Shown here: one piece after another, positions 56,501-64,000 of the stretch
Layout of the letters: each line of letters starts with the position of its first letter
Position numbering within the stretch: the stretch's first letter is position 1
Assembly: GCF_037042905.1 (NCBI RefSeq)
Contig: NC_087251.1
Location: 3,350,001-3,414,000 of the forward strand
Length of the DNA stretch: 64,000 nucleotides
Source: Lytechinus pictus
Lineage: Eukaryota
Direction of reading: 5' to 3'
Position numbers and translations under genes: made by a program
The notes under the pieces: generated by a model
The model's database searches: none
What the model saw: the letters and a program-made list of their open reading frames with translations, nothing else
What the model was told of the DNA's origin: nothing

Positions 56501-57299
56501 TAGCTCCTGAAAAGTTACGGCAAAGTGTTTTTGCCTAAAAAACACTCAGAAAAAACACACACAGCTTTGGGGGATTACCCACTTTGCATATTTTACATAC
56601 GTAGGCCATCATTACAAAATGCATAGACTTATAATTGAAAAATTGTTGTTTTTCAATTTGAAAAAGATATTAGTGCATCATAATCATTGGCAAAATATGA
56701 ATGTAGATACATGTACAGACTTGTACAGTATCAAAGCGTCATGTAAACTTGAAACACTATGTACACAACTATCTAAGTAGAAGGTACTATCATCAACATG
56801 TAAATATGCCTACCGGTACATGTAATTTGTAACTGAACATGGACTTTGAAGTTTGAACATGAAATGTAGACCCAAGGCCAAGTCAAAGAAAACAAGAAAT
56901 CTTTGAAAATTGTGTTGAGGTTTAATGAAAAAGAATCATGAATTGAAGCAACTAAGATAGATTAAATTGATTCAGACAAGAAATCACACAAGATATGACC
57001 TTTTCATATAGGAACAACCATACTTCTCCATGGCAAACTGTCAAGTGTCATTGATGAATAACATTATAAAACCAAGTACGGTAGCAATGCTAAACTTTAT
57101 CAAGTAATGATCGAAGGTCATGGCATGCATAATTCTAACAATTTTAACATGAATTAGATCTATCTAGATTCTACATTTCTAGATCTAATTAGAAGTTAGA
57201 ACAGAAGATTGCAGAAATTATGGATCGCATATCACATAGACCACAATTTTTTGCTTGCACATTCTATTCAGAGTCAAAGTCTTTAGAAAAGAGAACTTT

Positions 57300-57910
57300 C
57301 ATTTTTCATATTGAGATTCGTGTACCGGTACTAACGTTAAAACTGTCTACCGCCGTAAAAAAAAAAGTACCGGTATACGGTACCACCTCCCAGGCTCCTG
57401 CCTCTCTAAATCCGCGCCCTCCGCCTCCGGTACCGTATACCGCATAAATACTTGTCGGCTAATTAGGCTAGATCTAATTTAATACTAACGTTAATTAGTC
57501 TCAGTGACAAATAAAAATCTGAAATTCGGCTAGCAAGAAAAATACATACCTAAATATTAAATCTGCTGGTTTTATCCTCAAGTTGAAGTTCCGAAAATCC
57601 CTTCTATAAAAATTGATAAATTTAAGGGCTTATCTCCTGTGGTGTGATTACGTAGCTCAGTCATGGGTTCATGGCATGGGTTATCTTCTGCTGATATTTC
57701 TTCACGGTATCTTATTATCGGTAATATCATATATTACCGGTACACACGTACACACATACACACACACAACGAGTATACCATACAACAAAGCCATACACAC
57801 ACAAAAACACTTGCATCGCGATATGGCTGTGCAAAATTACGTGCAATATGCAGCATTCTGAAAGGGTGGCCGTGGCGCCGCGTTCTTTTGCAGATGATAT
57901 TTTTCAGCAG
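57300..57910 (-). promoter_or_regulatory. CpG-rich putative promoter / first-exon region
   Basis: Local CpG retention (ccgcgccctccgcc, gccgtggcgccgcg) in otherwise CpG-depleted non-repeat DNA, (CA)n tract, adjacent donor site. Confidence 0.45.
57550..57850 (-). other. numb: Putative non-coding first exon of numb
   Basis: Donor TTTAG|GTATGT at 57550/57549 inside a unique, CpG-enriched block; no ATG in frame with the downstream exon. Upstream boundary approximate. Confidence 0.45.
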
Positions 57911-58327
57911 CTGCTCTTTTCGAAGAAATCACTGCTTTTGAATCAATAATTTCTATTTCATTTTATTGAAAGTATAATAAGCTCTTAGAAAAAGAGGAAT
58001 GTTTTATATTTACGAACACTTTGTGATATAGCCATACAGGCCTACGTATATATTAAAGAATAAACGCAGCTCTCAATGTTTGGCATTGGTATATTGGGTA
58101 GAATTATTCTGCAATCAAAACCAAAACATATTAACAGAGGCCTTGGCCTTATAAAAAAAGGAGAGAGCTAGAGAGAGAGAGGGGGAGAGATACGAGGGGA
58201 AAGAAAAACTGACTGCATCTCATTGCAATTAAACTACAATCAACCCACACATGTTTTTTGTTCTATGTCTCTTCAAAATTCTTACTATCTGACCTGTGAA
58301 TGTATGCGTGTATAATTCATTTGGACT

Positions 58328-58481
58328 CCAGGGGAGTGTTTCATCAACATTTTTGTCCGACAAGATGTCCGATCTGACAACTTTTCTGTGATGCTGATTG
58401 GCTATGAATCAGTGTTTCTATGGTAACTGTCGGATAAAATGGGATTTATCGGATAAGTCCATTCATGAAACTCTCCACTGG
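58328..58481. mobile_element. Short MITE
   Basis: ccaggggagtgtttcat / atgaaactctccactgg. Confidence 0.6.
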
Positions 58482-58544
58482 TCACTCTCATGGTCTATAT
58501 TTCTTGTTTTATCTGTTGATCTACAAGGGCCTAAGTTTTGGTCG

Positions 58545-59340
58545 AGTTTTAATTAATGTATATTTATCTTTCCTCTTTAAAGGAAAATCAAAATATAATA
58601 CATTCATCTTCCCTGATTCTTTTGGAAGAGAAAGACTGTATAAAAAATATTAATCTTCCTTTTTTGAAGAGAGAAAATGATCAATTTTCCTCCTCTGAAG
58701 AAGAAAGAAAATATCAATCTACCAGTTTTAAGGGAGAAATCATACACTCACTTTCTTCGATCATTTTGATGGAGAAAGAATGTCTTAATCTTCCTTTGCA
58801 AAAGAAAAAAAATGCTTATCCATCTTCACCCTTTCAGAGAAAAATAATGGGGCCTACATTCATCTTCCTCAATCCTTTTGAAGGAGAAAGAATGTATATT
58901 CATTTTCCTTCTTGAATTAAGGAGAAAAAATATCAATCTTCCTCCTTTGAAAAAGAAAGAATGCATATCCATCTTCCTCATTTGAAGAAAAAAAAGAAAA
59001 TATTTGTTTTCTCTCTTTGGAGGAGAAAGAAAATATTCATCTTCCTCAAGGAGAAATAATTTATATTTATCTTCCCACTTTGAACAAGAAATTAATACAT
59101 TCATCTTCCTTGATCCTTTTGAAAGATAAAAGAAATATTCATATTCCTATATTGAAGGAGATAAAATATTTTGATTGTTTTTTTTTGTAGAAAAAGAATA
59201 TATTAGTTTTTTCTTTCGAGAAAGAAAATATTCATCTTCCTCCATTGAAAGAGAAAAATTGTATATTTATCTTCCTCCATTGAAGGGAAATTATATATTT
59301 ATCTTCCTGCTTTAAAGAAAAAAGAATGGAAATATAAATC
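58545..59340. repeat. Degenerate minisatellite (~38-bp unit, tcatcttcct...gaaggagaaa)
   Basis: Recurrent atcttcct and gaaggaga motifs at regular spacing. Confidence 0.7.
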
Positions 59341-61389
59341 CTCATTCCTTATCATCCAAAAATTAACTACCATATACTGTGATCCGATTTTGACTGAAAA
59401 ATAAATTTTGAATATTCAGAATAACTTTCGCTAATCAGTATTTGATTACTAGGAAGCGTTACAGACATTGGCGGTGGAAACCAAAAGAAATGGGGGGTCC
59501 ACCTTTAATTTTGGGATGGATACAGGTAAAAAATTGGACAAGCAAAACAAAACAAAAAGTTATCAACCAAAATTTTATGGGGGTCTACCTGAATTTAGGG
59601 GGGGACGCAGGAAACAAAATTGACAAGCAAAAAAAAAGAAAAAAAGTTATCAACAGAAATTTTAGGGGGGGGTCCGTCCCCCCATCCCCCTACCTCAAAT
59701 TTAGAGGGGGACAGGACCCCCGTCCCCCCGCCTATGGTTAAAGTTTGAGAAAGGCAAAAATCTTCTAATCATTATCGCGATGATTGGAAATTAATTTACT
59801 ATTATACCTACAAGAGTGTTTCCATTCTAAGAAGAGGTATTCCAAAAACAGCTCAAAACTTCAAGAGTAGGATATTCCACCACTTCTATATTTTTTATAA
59901 ACTTGTCTTTTTCAAAATTTGTAAAGATAAATTCCACAGGCCAGAGGCCCTACCAACAGATCATCCTAAAATATGGACAGATGTGGTTGACATAATGACA
60001 CATTACCTATTTTGACACACTAACCCCATCATTCATTACATAAAGCCAATGACATCAAGTCAATGGACAGAGATAACTAATTCAAACAAATCAATCATGT
60101 TTAAACTCAAGTATTACTACAATTTTATTTTCTGAAATTGTAATCAATGTCAAGCAAAAAATATAATCTATGATAAAAAGATATATACAAGGAGCCCTGG
60201 ATAGAATTCTACTCTACATAAAAATCTGTATACAATCTTAATCTAAACTAAATGAGTCTTATTGAATCATTGAATGTGTTATGAATTACTTCCAAGGTCA
60301 AATGTATTTAAACTACATGCAAATTTACCATGGATTTGCAACAATTAGTTTAACATAAACACCAAATACATTTACAAAACAAAGTTTCATTGTTCACATT
60401 AACAAGCAACTTATCACAAGGAATCGCCTAATATCCACTAAATATTGAATTTACAAAGAAAAATAGCAGAGTACACTACAAATCATAGTGAAATTTGGTG
60501 ACTGACTTAATTTCAATTCTTAAACTCTTTAAGAAAGACTTTGTTTTATTTGTTCTATGAAATATAACAAGTGTATATCATCATGGACCTATTCATGATA
60601 TCATCAATGTAAAGAGGGGGGTAGAGAGAGAGAGAGAGCATTTATTATTACTGTCAAGTGTACTGCAAAAAATCACTCAGAATATACTGTTTTTTAGTTA
60701 TATGTTAATCACTTCTATATTATTTTCATATGATACATACTGCTTCAACTGATGACATTTATAATCAAAACAAACTTTGAGTACACATGAATAGAGTACA
60801 AACATCTATTTTCAATGCTCAGAAAGGCACAAAGGAATATACATGTATATGATATATCGATCCCATTTTGGTATGACTATTGTATAAGGAAGATAACTGT
60901 AATAAATATATTTTGTTTTTGTTCTTTCAATCATCCTATTAAAAAACAGATAATAGGATGTTGCAATAGGTGAGGGGCAAATTAGTACAATTAATATGCT
61001 TTATATCATTTTAGTCATCAAATGTTCAGTGTGAAATTCAAGTAAAATTTTTTTGTAACTATTCAAAGATTGGACCAAAATCTAAGAAAAACCTACAATA
61101 AAACACAAAATGTATAGTTTTAACAATTAATAATCTAATAAAAAAATTTACCACCTTTTTAAACATTCACAATTATCATCAATATTCAAATTGAACTCTA
61201 GAGCGGAATGGGGTCTAATAATGGACAGTATATATATATATATATATATATATGAGGAATAAAAAATCAAGTGTAACACCTAGATTATAACAAGCAAAAT
61301 GGATTAATAGTAATTTTCTAAAACATCGATTGTAACAAACCAAAAACTCCCACTCATTCATTTATAATGAGGTGTTTACATCAAACAAG

Positions 61390-61733
61390 TATCAACTATC
61401 ATTTGGTCTACCATCAGTTCGTCCACTATCCACATGGTCTAATTACCAATTCGTCCACTCACCATTTTGTCTAATAACCAGTTGGTCCAATTGCCATTTA
61501 GTCCATATACCTTTTGGTCTTATTGGACTTAGTGTTAATTGTGCAAAATGAATGAAAGTGAAATGGTTATTAAACCGACTGGTTATGAGACGAAACGGTC
61601 ATAGACACAATGGTGATTAGACAAAGTAATGATTGGACGAAATGATGATGGACCGAATGGCATTATACTAAATGAAAGTAGACCATGTGGTGAGTGGACG
61701 AGTTGGCAGTAGACGAATTGGCAATTTACTGTA
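61390..61733. repeat. Foldback-like element of short inverted tandem units
   Basis: ttggtcta/gtccact units on the left, tagacca/agtggac units on the right. Confidence 0.65.
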
Positions 61734-62908
61734 CCATATTATATCACTAATTGTTCCTACAAAATTGGAAATCAGGTTTGCAGTTGGGGTAGAATTTGCA
61801 ACATTTTGTCCCTGAATACAATTCTAGTTTCTTTATAAATGGTCTTCAGTACATCCAACCCATCCATCAGCCAGTTCAAATTGATAGGTAGTTTACAATG
61901 TCTGTTAAAAAGACTCTCAAGTCAACTCCTAATCTGTTAAAATCCATTTATAACACATCCTACCTTATTCCAACTCTGTAGGGCAAATGACAATTAATAG
62001 TGATAATTAATTTGAGGTGATGGGGTATTCTTTGTGTTCAAGCCAGTCTAGACCTGATCATAAAAACATTTTCTACTAAGATTACTTTGTTCTTACCAAG
62101 AATAAAACACTTAGTACTATTATTATTATTATCATACATAATTTTTGAGCTGGTTTCAGTGACATTTCCCAAAATGCAGTGAGAAATAATTTAGTTTAAA
62201 CATATCTTCATTCAAAATAACGCTATTCATAAGTAATGCATTTATATGTATCACTCAAATATCTCAATCATTAGGGATGCAGTCAAGGCCAGTATTTCTG
62301 AGTCACAAGGCCATTGAAAAAAAACATCTCCCATACCCTTTTTACACCAAACTTGGCCAGAGGCCAAGGCCAGTCTTGACTACATCCCTTAAAAAACAAA
62401 GTAAAAGTGAAAATCAAACTCACAAAAACTTGAAATGTAAATTTATTATTGAATACAAATACATTCAAAAGAGAGGAAATGGGCTTTTCAAGGTGAGTAG
62501 CTTATTCAAGCAAGATAGGCTAGAGGAGTGTAATGTACACATTTAAGAGTTGCTGTCTATAAGAGCACCAAAGATAAAACAAGAAAGAAGAGTACTGGAT
62601 ACACTCATTATTTCATTCATGTGGCAATGAATTAATGATGGATAGCATTCAAGTAGATATTGTATTTTAAACAATCAATGTACATTATTCAATCAATATT
62701 CAAGCTCATGGAGTACTCAATATAACAAAGAAGACATAATTTGCAAGTATATATCTGTTTTCACTTTGGCATGCATAAACTAATTTAAAAAGATAGTACC
62801 ATCGTGCACTTTGGTTTAAATTTGTATTTTTGTAAATTGTATATAATTCCTAGTTAATTTCATTTTCAAACAAAATCAATTTGAAATCTCTCATTAGAAA
62901 ATAAAAGG

Positions 62909-63175
62909 CAAAAAGAAGCTGCTGAAAACTGCTTATCTAATAAAAGAGAGCCAATGGAGTAAATTAGAAAGTCAAAAAGGGGCCTAAGCTTTCGATCCTA
63001 GCAGAATCTTCGTCGGAGGCAAAATGACAATCATATAAAGTGGAACAACCATAATATAGACCACAAACAGCTTGTTTGTGGTCTATATTATGGTTGTTCC
63101 ACTTTATATGATTGTCATTTTGCCTCCGACGAAGATTCTGCTAGGATCGAAAGCTTAGGCCCCTTTTTGACTTTC
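62909..63175. mobile_element. Penelope-like element remnant: inverted pseudo-LTR palindrome with hammerhead-like motif
   Basis: Direct repeat tagaaaataaaagg at 62895-62908 and 63176-63189; perfect inverted arms 62965-63069 and 63073-63177. Confidence 0.7.
63122..63160 (+). ncRNA. Minimal hammerhead-ribozyme-like motif (mirror copy on - strand 62982-63020)
   Basis: GCCT-CCGACGA-A-GATTCT(gct)AGGATC-GAAA-GCTT-AGGC: stem I, core variant, stem II, GAAA, palindromic AAGCTT in place of stem III. Confidence 0.5.
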
Positions 63176-64000
63176 TAGAAAATAAAAGGTATGACCTTCA
63201 CATAAGAGCTTGCACTTTTACCTCAAATCATGTGATGAATCAATGCAAGAGAAATTTTCAATTGAAAAAAACATGCATAATATATATTTTCTTCTTTTTG
63301 CTTTTAAAACAGTGCAAAGTTTATAAAAAGATTTAAACTTTCATTGCTTTGTTTGCAATGTCCAATTTATAAAGAGCAATGTCACATAGAATGAATCAGG
63401 TGTAATTACTTTACAAATATACCTCGTCTATTAATCATACATACAAGGATATAGTAATGAAATCTATCAGATAAATTCCAATGCTCAATACTCTGTACCT
63501 CTACAAATTGATAGATATATCATCTTACGAGCAAATATCAAACTAAATTTGATTTGATCATCACTACGAAAGAGGGGTAGATAAAAAGCAATATTTACAT
63601 CTGTATTTACAATAGAATAAAAGGTCACCCTTCATTATGTCATAATACTGTACTTGGATAGTACCATTACAGGAGACATCAACATGACTATAATTCTTCT
63701 ATCATACTCAAAATGTATCTATATATGACTACTCAACACCCTTACTTAGGCAAAGTGAATGAAACCCTTCATGAGAAATGCATCTAGCAAGCTAACTGCA
63801 ACCTACTAATATCTTGCCAAAGGACAGCGGCTAGGCATTAAACTGTTGATTTTTTTTTCAATTCACTAATAGGTGTGGTATTTAGCACACCAGGTTTCTG
63901 TAACATATAGACATACAATTAATTTACAATCAATTATAATGTATTGTACACAGTTAGCCAGGAAACTAAAATTGTGCTTAATTGTGAAATTAAGATACTC

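Noticed and set aside
58556..59104. 119-aa and 92-aa ORFs
   Set aside because: Arise from a degenerate minisatellite.

Overview
AT-rich eukaryotic genomic DNA, most likely an invertebrate deuterostome such as a sea urchin (inferred from repeat style and protein divergence, not proven). The only recognisable protein-coding gene is numb, on the minus strand. Five clear coding exons (24282-24564, 17593-17667, 14229-14303, 5843-5983, 2792-2999) encode the N-terminus and complete PTB domain, and the C-terminal exons lie beyond the left edge. A phase-compatible start exon (MGRLK, 53571-53584) and a CpG-rich putative promoter/first exon (~57300-57900) lie upstream. The introns are packed with non-autonomous DNA transposons (TTAA-flanked Kolobok/T2-type, TA- and TWA-flanked, 8-bp-TSD hAT-type, Helentron/Pearl-like elements with tandem arrays), often nested. 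Most notable: a perfect 105-bp-arm palindrome with a 14-bp target duplication carrying a minimal hammerhead-ribozyme-like motif (Penelope-like), and pervasive TA-NNNN-TA palindromic octamers that behave like transposon excision footprints, with a different spectrum at the promoter.
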